Shown one piece after another: positions 1 through 11,802 of a DNA stretch of 64,000 nt. The notes under the pieces were generated by a model. It made no database searches. It was not told where the DNA came from and was given only the letters and a program-made list of their open reading frames with translations. The DNA comes from Kondoa subrosea (lineage: Eukaryota): NCBI GenBank assembly GCA_039545335.1, contig BCIN01000002.1:558001-622000 (forward strand), given 5' to 3'. The first letter of the stretch is position 1. Each line of letters starts with the position of its first letter. The position numbers and the translations under genes were made by a program.

Positions 1-534
1 CTAGCTACTTCTGGTCAATCTGATCGATTCTGGTCTGCTATCAGTTAAAGAAAGAATCAGATAGATGAATTGGCTAGGCTTAGATGTATAGGAGAAAAGG
101 AAAGATTCAAGGAAGATAATCAATTGCTAATTCTTCAAGTCTCGGTCAGTGTGCTTGTTTGTCAAGTATGTCTTTCTAGTAGAACTCTTCAGGCTCTCGC
201 TCTGATTCCGAACAAGCGTCATGCAATCGAAACTTATCTTCAATTTCAGCTCAACATCATTAACGCTTCTTCCTCCACAAACGCGATGCTGAATGTCGAT
301 TATCAAGGTTTCTGTTTTCGTTTACTGGCAGGTATCGACTACCGCTTCAACCCAGAGTTGTGGTATGCTCTAGCTGCAGCGTTAGGGCAAGATGAAGCTC
401 GGCGAAGGGCTTACGTAAAGTAGGTGCTTGCAAGACACATTTACGCGCGATGACATTCGTATCTGCAATGCACAAAGATCATCCATATTACCTGGATACT
501 GCGACGACAGGTTACGATAGGTTACATACGTCGA

Positions 535-584
535 CACGGCGGACAAAGCCAAGTCCGTTTTTGAAAACGAACATCAAGTACTTT
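535..584 (+). repeat. Left terminal inverted repeat
   Basis: 45/50 identity to the reverse complement of 2025-2074; a subterminal TTATGTCCG sits at the same offset from both ends. Confidence 0.9.
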
Positions 585-740
585 TTTACGGCCGACTTAT
601 GTCCGTTCCATTGTTTGGGCATTCTCTAGTGACGAGTAGACGATGAATACCCTAGTCTGATTAGCAACGATATACCTGTCTTTACTCGAACCCTTCCTGT
701 GATCATTCTTGCTTAAGTACATCAAGATTTATCGTTCAAG

Positions 741-1350
741 ATGAATGAGCATTTCTATCCACCTGGCCCAACCGCGCCCAATAGTGATGATTTACTCGCT
801 CGATTCGAGCACATGATGGCGGAAGAAAGGCAGAAGAACGCTCAGGCTCTAGTCGAGCTGGAGAAACGTTCAGCAGCAAGAGAGGCGCACTTGATATCGC
901 TACTAAACAGGAATGGCTTGAATGGCGATGGTAACCCATTGCAGAATGAGAACAGCTCCTCTCCCTCTTCTTCTTCTCCACTGCCTCAAAATCCAAGCAA
1001 CTATCATCGGGCAGAAGACGCAGACATAGAAGACGCAGACATAGAAATCCCTCTTCCTGCACCAGCTACTCCCAGAAGATCGGTCAGGTCTAGAGGTCGA
1101 GCAACGCCAGCCGCTACAAAACACCCTTCTGTCAACACCTCTTCACTTCCAAGTTCACCGTCGCAACCAAAGAGCCTGGACATGGCCAAAATGGATTTCA
1201 AGAAAGCAGCGGCTCACGTGCATAAAGTGACCAAGAATGAGCTAGACCCAGAACAGGAGGCTATGCGTGTTCGTCAACCCTGCTTACTTAAATTTCCTGA
1301 ACTAATTACTTTTCACTTGTACAGAACTTCCATATTCGAGTTCTGGCCGA
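741..1350 (+). pseudogene. Truncated second (accessory) gene of the transposon; coiled-coil plus S/P-rich N-terminus
   Basis: ORF from ATG 741 inside the TIRs. Probable intron about 1267-1324. It then runs into antisense transposase sequence near 1350. Confidence 0.55.
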
Positions 1351-1981
1351 GAGCAGAGTTCTTTTGCGCAAGAGAGGGGATAAATTTGGTGACATTTCGG
1401 ACAGCATAGGGACCGTTGTAAGATTGGATCGAGGTTGAGGTGTTTGAAAAGTGTCCGGATATCTTTAGGAAGTGGTGGTACTTCTGGCTGGGACGCTTGA
1501 CTTCCTTCTTTTCCAGCTCTTGACAGACCCAAACTAACAGCCAAAGCAAGCAGCAACCTTATAGTAGCCAAACAGATGCCAGCTTTCCTCCGACTGAGTT
1601 GACAGTATAGCGCAAGCCAGGCGACGAATGCGAGAACTCCAGTTCGAATTGCAATTGTATACTGAGCGATCGAGTAGCTTTCCGCAAGAGGTTCTACGCC
1701 AATGGTGTGAATGAACATCTGCCGAAAGGAGAATGGGAATCTAAATCACCTTCTGTCGCAATACCAAGCGATGGTTCTGATTGATCTGACGCATGACAAG
1801 ATGCCTGGGCCAAGTTTGTAGTGGCATTCGCTGCTGCTTCCTTTCGATCACGAATCCAATGGCTGGTCTTGGTTTTCGGGCGTCGCAAGCTGCCAGGGAC
1901 TATCTGGCCAGCAGAATTTGTGTATGTACATTTGATAACGCAGACGGTGCATGTGCAGGGCACCAGGCCCTTGCCAACCAT
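1345..1981 (-). pseudogene. Truncated N-terminus of a CACTA/EnSpm (Tnp2/TnpD-like) transposase
   Basis: N-terminal CTCTVC and the segment PKDIRTLFKHLNLDPILQRSLCCPKCHQIYP resemble basidiomycete EnSpm transposase N-termini. ORFs 1694-1981 and 1302-1718 are probably joined by a short intron. No DDE core is present. Confidence 0.7.
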
Positions 1982-2024
1982 GGTATGGGCTTGAGAAGGA
2001 AAGCGGACATAACAAAGTAAACAT

Positions 2025-2074
2025 AAAGGACTTTATGTCCGTTTTCGAAAACGGACTTGGCTTTGCCCGCCGTG
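2025..2074 (-). repeat. Right terminal inverted repeat containing a perfect 20-bp palindrome
   Basis: GTCCGTTTTCGAAAACGGAC at 2037-2056 is self-complementary; the end reads CCGTG followed by the CGA duplication. Confidence 0.9.
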
Positions 2075-2286
2075 CGACTTCACAGTTTTGACATCTGCCA
2101 AGACTACCTCTTGACTCGCACTACCGCGATATCACTGCTAAGGCAGCAGCGCACGACTATACCTACATCCTTTTACACTGTAGATCTCTTGCCTCATTGG
2201 CCTTACCTTGCAGGATCTGTCCCTGTCCCACCGAACATTCGCATAACAAACAAGCCAAACCTGACTATCTCTTTATCTCTCTATTC

Positions 2287-3031
2287 ATGTCTTCTGAACG
2301 CTTTCAATCGTCGCCCGTAACTCTAGAAGACCTACCTGAGATCCGGGCAGGTTTCTACAAAGCTTTCACAACACCTTACTATAGACGAATGTACCCCGCT
2401 TCGAAAGAATTAGACGATAAATGGATAGCTACTATGCGAGAACAATTACAACAAGATCCATTACAGATCGTTTCGTACAAGATGATTGATACGCAAGCGC
2501 AAGGAAAGATTGCAGGTTATACTTATTGGAAACTACCTCGCAATGCTGAAACGACTGAACGGGATGAAGTGCAGATTGAAGAAGTAGAGGAACAGCAAGA
2601 GGTACCAGCAGATGAATTGGCGAGACTGAAAGCGAAGTTGTCGAAATTGGAGACTGAGCTACATCAAAAGTATATGGGAAACCAACCTCATCTTTGTGTG
2701 TGTCTTTCTTCTTATTGTCAATATTCTAACTGAAACCTTCTTACAGACCTCGATGTGATTTATACTCTACCAGGTTCGCTCTTTCTTTCAGGTCTGTCCG
2801 AATTGATGCTTACCCAATGCAACAGAATATCAAGGCAAAGGACTCGCAAAGAGGATGTTACAGCAAGGTTGCGATATAGCAGATGAACTCGATTGTTCAG
2901 CTTACCTTGTAGCAAGTCCGCAAGGTGTTCGAGCTTATGAGAAAGTTGGATTTGTCACGATGCAAGAAGTCAAAGCGACAGAAGATCACACAGGGACAAT
3001 TATGATACGGCAGCCGATGAAGGCGAAGTAG
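2287..3031 (+). CDS. GNAT-family N-acetyltransferase (3 exons)
   Basis: Spliced product has the acetyl-CoA motif PEYQGKGLAKRML and AYLVASPQGVRAYEKVGF; introns about 2696-2746 and 2774-2825. Confidence 0.85.
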
Positions 3032-3396
3032 ATGTAAGAATATAAAGACGGGGTTGCTATAAGTGTTGCTGGTGGGCTCTCCTTGCCATTACGTTCCCTG
3101 TTCTGGCCCTTATTACTGTAGTCAGTGCATTGCAGTATGACTAGGTGATGTTCGCAGTTGCATGCTGGAAATCACTCAAAAAGCATATCCATTGAAGTGT
3201 TGGAGTCCTGGGCGGCATAAGAGCATGCCGATCGGCAACAGCCACAAATGCACTTTATGGGTTTCTGCACAGCATCTTCGTCTTGAGCCATCCACCATCT
3301 GCAGACTTTAGTACTTCTCTGTGTCTGCATCTTTCTCGAGAACATCTGTATACCCAGAACTTAGCATTTTCTTTTACGTGCATCATTTTCGCCAAG

Positions 3397-6026
3397 ATGG
3401 CCCCTGCAATTGGACAATTTGCTCTTCTAGCGCTGGCTGCTTCAGTTGGAACTGTTGATGCTCAACAGATAGTCAACAACCAGTTCAAAATCCTAGGCAA
3501 CTCGTTAGTTTCCACACTTTCTTACCTAATTCATGGAAAAATTGGAAATCTCACAATCGGTCTTGTACAGAGGCGTATCAGCGCAACAAATGTTCTTATC
3601 AGCCGCTAACAAAGTCGTTATCATGTTCGTAACCTATACTTTGCTGTTTTTCTTCGACCCTTTGGTCCTAAAAATCTCTCGTACCTATATTTGCACAGTG
3701 ATAAAACTGAAGGCAATGGCAATAAATTGAACATTAATGGTCATCCTGCTTTTGGAACAGAATATGACCTGCGAAACAACTCAGTTAGAGCAATGCAGCT
3801 CGTGTCGAAGTCAGTTGTTTTACCACTCTTGTCCATCGTACGGGAGCCTAATAAGTTTACAACAGCACCTTTTGCGCGGGAGGAAACAGTCTCGGCGACG
3901 GGCGTGCGTGATTAGCGCTTTTCATTGTGTTAGGTTTTGAGTCTCCTTCTCCGATTTTAGGCTGGTTGAATGTCGGAGGCAATCAAGCTGTTGGTCCAGG
4001 AGGTCTTCCTGGTACTCAGTACGGTGATGGAGATGGCGGAAAAGCTATGCGTATCTTTCAACCTTGCGATGACGGGAACTGTGATTGGGATGAAGTTGGG
4101 CAAATGACCACTCGAAGATGGTACCCAACTCTGGAAACACTAGAAGATGGATCGATCATTATAATAGGAGGTTGCGATTGGTATGTCCAGACTTCAAGCC
4201 TATAATTTGTTAGCTGATTGAGTACATATCACATTAGGGGAGGATATGTTAACGATGCGAACCAGAATAACCCAACCTACGAGTTCTACCCTTCCAAAGG
4301 CAGCATCCAAGGTCTGAACCTCTTACAATCTACTCTTCCTGCCAATCTTTACCCTCTTACCTGGTTGCTTCCAAGTGGCCGGCTTTTCATCAATGCCAAT
4401 CTTGGCAACGAAATCGTAAGTTTCTGCCAAGCTCGTAGATTTTGAACGTAGCTCAACTTCAGTATCACCAGTTCGACTACAAGAATGCGGTTGAATACCC
4501 TCTACCCAATACACCTCATGCCGTCCGAACATACCCTGCTTCAGCTGCTACAGGAATGATGCCTCTGACACCCGCCAACAACTACACTGCCACGATATGG
4601 ATGTGTGGTGGGACTGATCTGCAGCCAGATGTAAGCATATTCTCAAAACTTAGACTCCAATCTGATATTGTCCAATTAAAGCAATGGGTCCTGACATACA
4701 ACATCGCTGGTGTCGCTGCCGACAAGTCATGCATCAGCATAACTCCAGATGAAAGCCAGGAATGGCAGGATGAAGACGATCTACCTGAAGGCCGATGTAA
4801 GCGCGCTTGATTGACATTTCATCAGATCACTTACATTGCTGTTTCTCTAGCTATGGGCAGCATGATCAATTTACCTGATGGTCGCTTTGTAATCTTGGAA
4901 GGTGTAGGATCTGGAACAGCTGGTTGTGAGTATCGCTCCACCTCGTTAACATGAGACAAATTAACGATTTCTGCAGATGGAAACCAAACTTGGGCTAGTG
5001 AATTACATGCTAATACTCTAATGACGATATCTGATATCACCTTTAGTTGGTCAATCATATGCCCAGGACCCAATTTTCCAACCTCTTTACCTCGATCCTT
5101 CTGCACCGGCCGGATCTCGTCTCTACCGCGACAACATGGGGTCCTCCACTGTCCCTCGCATGTACCACTCTACCGCTATCCTTGTACCTGATGGCTCCAT
5201 TCTCTTGGCTGGCTCGAACCCTAATGCCGATTTCATCTCAAACGGCACAAGAGGCTACCCGTTCCCAACTGAATACAGGACTGAAGCGTTCTACCCTTCA
5301 TACTACAACAACACCCGTCCAGAACCCATAGGTTTGCCTGAAACATTGGCTTATGGAGGCAATGTGAGCTTTTGTTATTTCGTCAAGCACACCGTTGGCT
5401 AAATCCTGATTTTGCAGTACTTCAACATCACTTTACCAGCAGCTGCGATCTCAGATTCCAGTCTACTGGCAAACACCAAAGTTATGGTTCTGCGTTCTGG
5501 CTTCGCAACTCATGCCATCAACTTCGGCATGAGAACTGTGCAGTAGGTTCTTCTTTCTCGTACATATATGACCACACGTTGACTCGCTTATAGACTCGAC
5601 TCATCTGCTACATACAATGCTGACGGTACAACAACGCTCTATGTTTCGCAAGTACCAAGCCCATCTATTCTTGCTCCGGGTCCAGCGATGCTTTTCGTTG
5701 TAGTGGACGGCACACCTTCTATCGGTCAAATGATAATGGTCGGCAATGGTCAGATCGGCAAACAAACACAATATCCTGATGTTGCTCTTCCGGCCAACTC
5801 TGGCTGGGCAGCATCCGGAAGCACACCTGCTGCAGCAAGCAGTGCGGCTGGTAGCTCAGCTGTATCGGCAGCAGGAGTAGCAACAAATACTGTTTCTGGA
5901 CTCTTTGGATCACCATCGGCGGCAGCAGCAGATGCACAATTAGCTGCTAAATCTTCTGCGTCATCTGCAAGCCTCGTATCAAGCTTGGTTCTTGTGATTG
6001 CATTGTCAATCTTCGCCCTTTTATAG
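3397..6026 (+). CDS. Glyoxal oxidase-like copper radical oxidase (AA5_1), secreted, probable GPI anchor
   Basis: Signal peptide MAPAIGQFALLALAASV; motifs SAQQ, FCAGG, RWYPT, NLYP, RMYHS, THA; S/A-rich linker and hydrophobic C-terminal tail; many introns. Confidence 0.92.
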
Positions 6027-6192
6027 AACATGAAGACCAACCTTTATGTGGAATGTTAAAATAGCATGGACTCTTTTTCTTTCCCTTGAGTGGAAAATGG
6101 ACAATTGCATAGAAATGTACATAATATGCATTAAGACCGTTTTACATTGCGAAAATGGGACAACATTTGCTCTATTTTAGCCATTCGTGAAT

Positions 6193-7450
6193 TCATAATC
6201 CCGCGTGAAGTTTGTCCAGGTATTCTCTGCTTTGCTTCTGTGCTTCTTTCCACCTCGATTCTGCGTCGATTTGATAGTTCGTCAATTGTTGAATCAGTTT
6301 CGAGGTATCTTCTTCCTTGGCAATGATTTCTCCAACAGAGAGTCCATCGAGTAAGCTCTGATTCCCGCCCAGTCCGCTAGAAAACCAACTAAGCATCCGG
6401 GGCGAGAAGACGGGGAGAGCTGGCTTACCCCCATATTGGCATCGCATGCATTGAATCACCCAAAAACAAGACTCTACTCTCCTCGATCCCTGTTGATGCC
6501 GACAAAACGGTATCGGGATCCACTTCCCTCATCAACCAATTGTACTGCCTGTCCCCATTATCTTTCTCAATACTCTTCAGCAAAGTCTTATAAGGTTCAA
6601 CCATCGAATCCGATACATCATGTAATTCCTCATAAAGAGCAGAAGGAATATCGGTAGCGCTACCGTTTGATCTTTCAGGTGTAAAGAGAGGATCATTGGA
6701 AGGTAAAGGGTTTCGAGAATAGATCCATTGTAATCTTCCTCCTTTGGGTGAAATGGTGTTGAAAGCAAAAGACATGCATGCAGAAGGTAAGAGAGCGGTT
6801 TGGATTGTAGAAGTAGAAGAGAGGAAAGGTTGAGCTTCTTCAGAAGATAGTTTGCGTTGACCTGTATAAACTACATACGGCAAAACAGTTGGTTTGATAG
6901 AAGGGTGAAGTTGTGATCTTATAGAAGAATGAACGCCGTCTGCTGCTATCAGTAGAGAACCTTGTGCTGTTGTGTTGTCCTTGAAATGGACTTTAATGCC
7001 TGAAGAAGTGCGTTCGACCTTTTCTACTTTCTTTTCGTATTCGATAGAACTGCCAATGTCTTGTGTAAAGAAGCGATTCAGAGCATCCCTGCTTATCCTT
7101 TTACTTGAGCCTTGTTGACCTGGTCCTGCTGCATCCTTTCCTGTGGAACTATGGATGTATCTTCCTTCTATTGATCCAGTCTTGCCCAAATCCGCGTCTA
7201 CAGCGACCCGATTGAAAGCACCTTTGCAATCCCAAGCTTTCTCAAGCGTTTCTATAGTGCTTTCCAAGAGTGTTAAAGAGTAGGAGGGAGGTCTTTCACC
7301 AGTAGACTGGTCGAACAATCGGATTCGTTTGATTGCATTGCCTTGCTGCAGAGTCTTTGCTAGTGCCATTCCTCCTAGACCTGCGCCAATTACGAGGATA
7401 TCCCCTTTCATTACCCGCGGTATACTGGAAGCCAAACGTCGTTGTATCAT
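6193..7450 (-). CDS. FAD-dependent monooxygenase (FAD_binding_3 type); start at 7450 or 7411
   Basis: GAGLGG Rossmann motif, AADGVHSSIR (DG motif), LGDSMHAMP..G-GGNQSLLDG (GD motif) split by one intron near 6380-6428. Confidence 0.9.
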
Positions 7451-7505
7451 TCCAAGTTTTGCATGACATCGCACTTCAAGATCTGCTCTGAGTTGAGCAG
7501 CAACT

Positions 7506-8028
7506 ATGACCCGGCCTACCCCAAAGAAAGTTACAGAAGAGCAGATCAAGGCTTTCATTGAGGATGTACCTCTTCACGCTTTCTTGGCGCCGAAAGTGAT
7601 TTCACAAGATCTGGACGATCAATCCGCTACTATCTCGTTCATCACGGGCAAGCATCTTTTGACGCCTACACTAACGCTCAGTGAGTTGCTTTCTAAAGTT
7701 TCGCGTTTGTGCAATACTATGGTGATCTTACGTAATCAATTGAACAGACGCATCTGCTCTATATCTAGCTTTCGAAGTCAGTAATCTTATAGCGGCAACC
7801 CCACATTTCACAGCCAACGAAAGACCGTCCACGATTTCTCATACTATCAGCATGATTGGCAATGTTAGAGGTGAAGACAATGAAGTATTAATCACTGCTA
7901 AGATGCTCAAAAGAGGGAAAAGTGTTGCGTTCTTTGAAAGTGAAGCGAGAGTGAAGGGAAGTAATGTGTTGTTGGCCAAATGCAAGACCATTAAAGCGGT
8001 CGTTCAAGTGAAGGAAAGCAAGTTGTAA
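7506..8028 (+). CDS. Hotdog-fold (PaaI-like) thioesterase superfamily protein
   Basis: About 140-aa spliced product with ...VLITAKMLKRGKSVAFFESEARVKGSNVLLAKC, typical of PaaI/4HBT proteins; intron donor at 7681. Confidence 0.7.
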
Positions 8029-8164
8029 CATGATAAAATTTGAATGCAAAGTGTAGTGATGTGCATGCTGTAACTACAGGTGGAGTGTTGTACATTCTGA
8101 GACGCGGGCTGTTAAGCAGGGTATTATTCACTAGGCTCTACGACTCACTAGAGATTGGGTATTA

Positions 8165-9163
8165 CTAAAAACAGCTTGCAATGCTCTTCGATGCTCTTTC
8201 AGTGCTGCCATCGACTCCATACGTAGTATGAGGCCCTGCAATAATGATTCAAATGCTGATCATATCAGTACGGCGGCAAGAACTGACCTAGCAGGATACC
8301 ATTGGCTGCCAGAGAAATCAGCCATCATCGAGGGGTGAACTATGAGCTCACGATCGCATATTAGGTCATTCTTGTTGCCTGCGGAAGTTTTCGCTCAGCT
8401 GCATTGCGTATGAGAAGAGGTTACACTTGCAATAGCTGAAAACACAATCTAGATCATCTATAGGGAATCTTGTATTAGGTTCACCATGTTTCAGTGCAGG
8501 ATCCCTTCGAGAACATTCAGTGGACAACTCGATTTTCACATGAGGGAAACGCACCCAAAGACAGCAATCGAAGATACTCTTGACCGTACATCGTCTGATA
8601 GACTAATAGCAGAAACTACTAGGGCTCCTTTACTGTATCCAGTCAAGGCGTATTTTGTATCAGGACATTTGCCTGATCTGACAAGCTGACACTGATTTCA
8701 GCTCTACAATTCCATTTGCATGACACGAAGACTAACCAGACTTGCAGATGCTTCTACTGCCGCTTTCTTGATACTGAGATTGTATTCCGCTGAAGTATCG
8801 TACACTATTCCGTAAGTTTTGCTTCCTCTGCAGTCTATACTACTCAGCGCCGCACGGGCGCAAGACTATGACCGTGACGCACGGCACATCTTGAGCCAAG
8901 TGTTTCCTCAATGACGGTCCAACCAAGCCTAATCTACGAGCCGATTCAGTGGAAGCATAGAAAGCATGAATAAGAGTTCTTCACTTGTATTCTGTTGTTC
9001 CTGCCCAGTGAAGGACTTCAAGAGGAGCGCACTCGGTTTCCTGCCAATTCGATATGCTGATCAGCGGGTCGGGTAGAAAGACGATAGGGCTTGCGACGAC
9101 AAGTAGAGGAAATAGGAACGTTGCCAGCTGACGGTACAAGATTAGCTCGACATGCTGCAACAT
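8165..9163 (-). CDS. Cutinase-like CE5 esterase, copy A (start uncertain, 9163 or 9191)
   Basis: Spliced exons give ECAPLEVLHWAGTTE..LGLVG, CPDTKYALTGYSKGALVV, IAVFGDP, CNKNDLICD, PHTTYG. Confidence 0.8.
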
Positions 9164-9507
9164 ACGACGCAGGACGTGCTATAGGCCTCATATTGATAGA
9201 TTAGACCCGGGCCAGAGGAGAAAGAGATAAGAAAACGCGGTTTGGAAAAAAGATGCGAAATTGAGATGATCGACGGAAAATGCGGGGTATTTGCCACCTT
9301 TCAGCAGCTCTAGAAGCCGACGAAGCTGTGGAAGTAAGGAAGCGAGAGGAAGAGACAGGAACAAAAAGAAGGCACACGACGAAAGTCAGAATTTGAACAA
9401 AATGGTTGTATTTTACAACTTTATAGTACAACAAGCCTGAAGCCAGATGAACGAGAGCCCGGCTCACTCTGTGAGCACAAGTCACTTCCATCCTGAACCC
9501 AAAGAAA

Positions 9508-10397
9508 TCACGCATAGCATCCCGCGACATCCTGTGCCGCTCTGTCCGCAGAACCATCATTCGCATAAGCCAAGTGCGCCTGCAACGATACACCATTTGG
9601 ATCGCAGAAGATGTCCCCTTTATTGCCTACAATTAGCACTCAAAGTCAGCAGCTGAACTTGTAATTTCAGAAAGGTATGGAACTTACAGAAACTGAACTT
9701 GCAAGCCAGATTATTGATAGGGTAGTCATTATTTGGCTGACCATTCTTTAGAGCTGGATCCTATTGAGAGCTGTCAGCTTCCAGAATAATTGAACAGACA
9801 GTAAACTTACGCCGAAGACCGTGATTGCGGTAACACGAGCTTGCACATCGGCAGACAACTTGATATCGCTCAACACCAGAGCACCCTTACTGTAGCCACT
9901 CAAAGCGAAAGTAGTATCAGGACATTGAGATGCTCGAGCTTCAATCTTTGCTTTGCCATCCGCTGCTGCTTGTTGAACAGAGATAGTGTATTCTGGGTCT
10001 GTGTCGTATTGAACACCATAAACTTCACTATCACTATAGACACAGACAGTGCATCAGTCTTGGGCTCACAATGATGGCCAGAAAGTATGTCTTACGGAAC
10101 ATATTTTGGCAGGTCTTCTGCCAAGGCATCTCCAACTATTCCTTTGCCCGATTCACTAGTTCCTGCCCAGTGGTACAACTCCAGACTACGAGTAGCGCGA
10201 CTTAGATTTGATACCCGCTCATAGAACAGAATGCTCACGGTGCACAATCGGAAGATTGACGAGAGGTTAAAGTAATTCTGATTGGACTAGCTGCAGCCAA
10301 GAGAGGGAGAGAGGCAGCGATCTGGCGCGTTCTTTAGAACATCCGTAGATTGTGAGAGAGAGCTCGATTGGCTTACGATTGATTTGCTGAATTTCAT
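9508..10397 (-). CDS. Cutinase-like CE5 esterase, copy B (missed by the ORF track)
   Basis: Signal peptide MKFSKSI/IAASLPLLAAASP; DCAPLELYHWAGTSE, CPDTTFALSGYSKGALVL, ITVFGDP, CNKGDIFCD, AHLAYA..GCYA*. Confidence 0.88.
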
Positions 10398-10747
10398 TGT
10401 GGCTAAAGGTCGTATAAGGTGCAAGAAAGGAAGAAATGAAGTTTGAGAGAAGGGTAATGGAAAAGAAGGGCAAGCAAGAAACCATTGAAATAGTGCACAG
10501 ATTTTTAGTGGGCTCCACAAATCTCCATTCCAAAAGTTTCCACTGTTTTTGCCCCTGGCGATCATTAATTTCGCTTAAACTTCTTATAAGCGGAAGTCGA
10601 GTGAACATGAAAAGGACTCACGCCAGGAATAGCTACATGGTATCCTAATGCTAATCAATCTATACAGCCTAGGCTGGAACGCAAGGTCAATGACCAAGTA
10701 TCAAAGAAATTTAAAGCGCTTACACCCCCAAATTCGTTGCGCAGTTC

Positions 10748-11645
10748 TCACGAGACCCATTGATAGATCCCTTTGCTGATCGCTCTGTCATTCTCCACAC
10801 TACTTCCGCTCATCCATGTTGCAGAAGGTAGAACACTGTCCCACGTCCAAGGGCCACTCAGATCCATTGCGCTTCGAGCCAGAATCTCAGCTTCATCTAC
10901 AGCCTCCCCCCTTCCACTTGACAAGCCTTCTACTTTTGAGCTGGAGGAAGAAGTAATTCTCCTGCGTTCCATTTCTCTTTGCATTGCAGCTTTGGCTCGA
11001 TCTATCGTAGAACTGATAGTTGAGGCATCTTTGAGTTGATCAGTCTTACTGAGAAGGACTGCTACTTTGGGAATTTGAGGCTGCGAAGAAGACGAGGCGA
11101 GAGCAAGAACTAGTTGAAGATGATCGCAAGCTTCTTTAATGCCTTTGCCATTCAAGCCATTCACGGAATCGATTACTAGGATGATGGAAGTGGAAGAAGA
11201 ATAGTGTCGAGATAGATTCCGAGCTCGCAATCGTTCATGACCTGGTAAGTCGATAAAGCGGATCTGCTTCTAAAGCGAAAATCAGCTATGTGCCTTGTCC
11301 TGGTGTATGTGTGACGTACTTGCTTCTCTGTACTTCCTTCGACGGCTACATCCGAGCCATAGCCAATGTTGGGCACAGTCGAAGTATGCGAAGATTCGAA
11401 ATGATGGAATACCAGCTGGAGAAGAGCTCATCTTAGGTCCATAAGCCAGCTATACTGTTATTATAATATACCTGCGTGAACAGAGCTGTCTTGCCGCTTC
11501 CCTCCGGTCCAATAATCAAAACTGTTTGGCCTTGCTTTGACTTTGAGCTCTTGAGCCAATACTGAGCTGCGAAAGCTATCACTAGCAGCAGGGCAGATAT
11601 AACTACGAGTGCATTGGTATAAGGCAGCTCTAGTAGCTTAAGCAT
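10748..11645 (-). CDS. SRP102: Signal recognition particle receptor beta subunit (SRbeta GTPase)
   Basis: N-terminal TM, P-loop GPEGSGKTALFTQ, DLPGHERLR, SKTD G4-like motif, REMERRR. Confidence 0.85.
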
Positions 11646-11802
11646 GGTTTGGGAAAGAAAGTCAAATGCAAAGTCACGAGAAGTCAACGGAAGGGTTTTG
11701 AACAACTCTAGCTAGAGCATTTGTGTGCATTGCAAGTACCAGCTTTGCTTTTCCTTTTCATCCTTGTACTGATTCCCGCCGAAATGCTTCCAAATCTCTT
11801 GC

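Larger units (their letters stand above)
535..2074. mobile_element. Non-autonomous, internally deleted CACTA/EnSpm-like DNA transposon (1540 bp)
   Basis: Left end 535-584 (CACGGCGGACAAAGCCAAGTCCGTTTTTGAAAACGAACATCAAGTACTTT) matches the reverse complement of 2025-2074 at 45/50 positions. CGA is duplicated directly outside both ends (532-534, 2075-2077). The element carries a transposase-like N-terminal fragment. Confidence 0.88.

Noticed and set aside
1013..1046. 15-bp tandem duplication (EDADI x2) in the transposon ORF
   Set aside because: Real but ordinary in-frame slippage in a disordered region.
7451..7558. N-terminal extension of the monooxygenase ORF overlapping the thioesterase
   Set aside because: The Rossmann motif starts near 7411; the extension is most simply an open antisense frame of the neighbouring gene.
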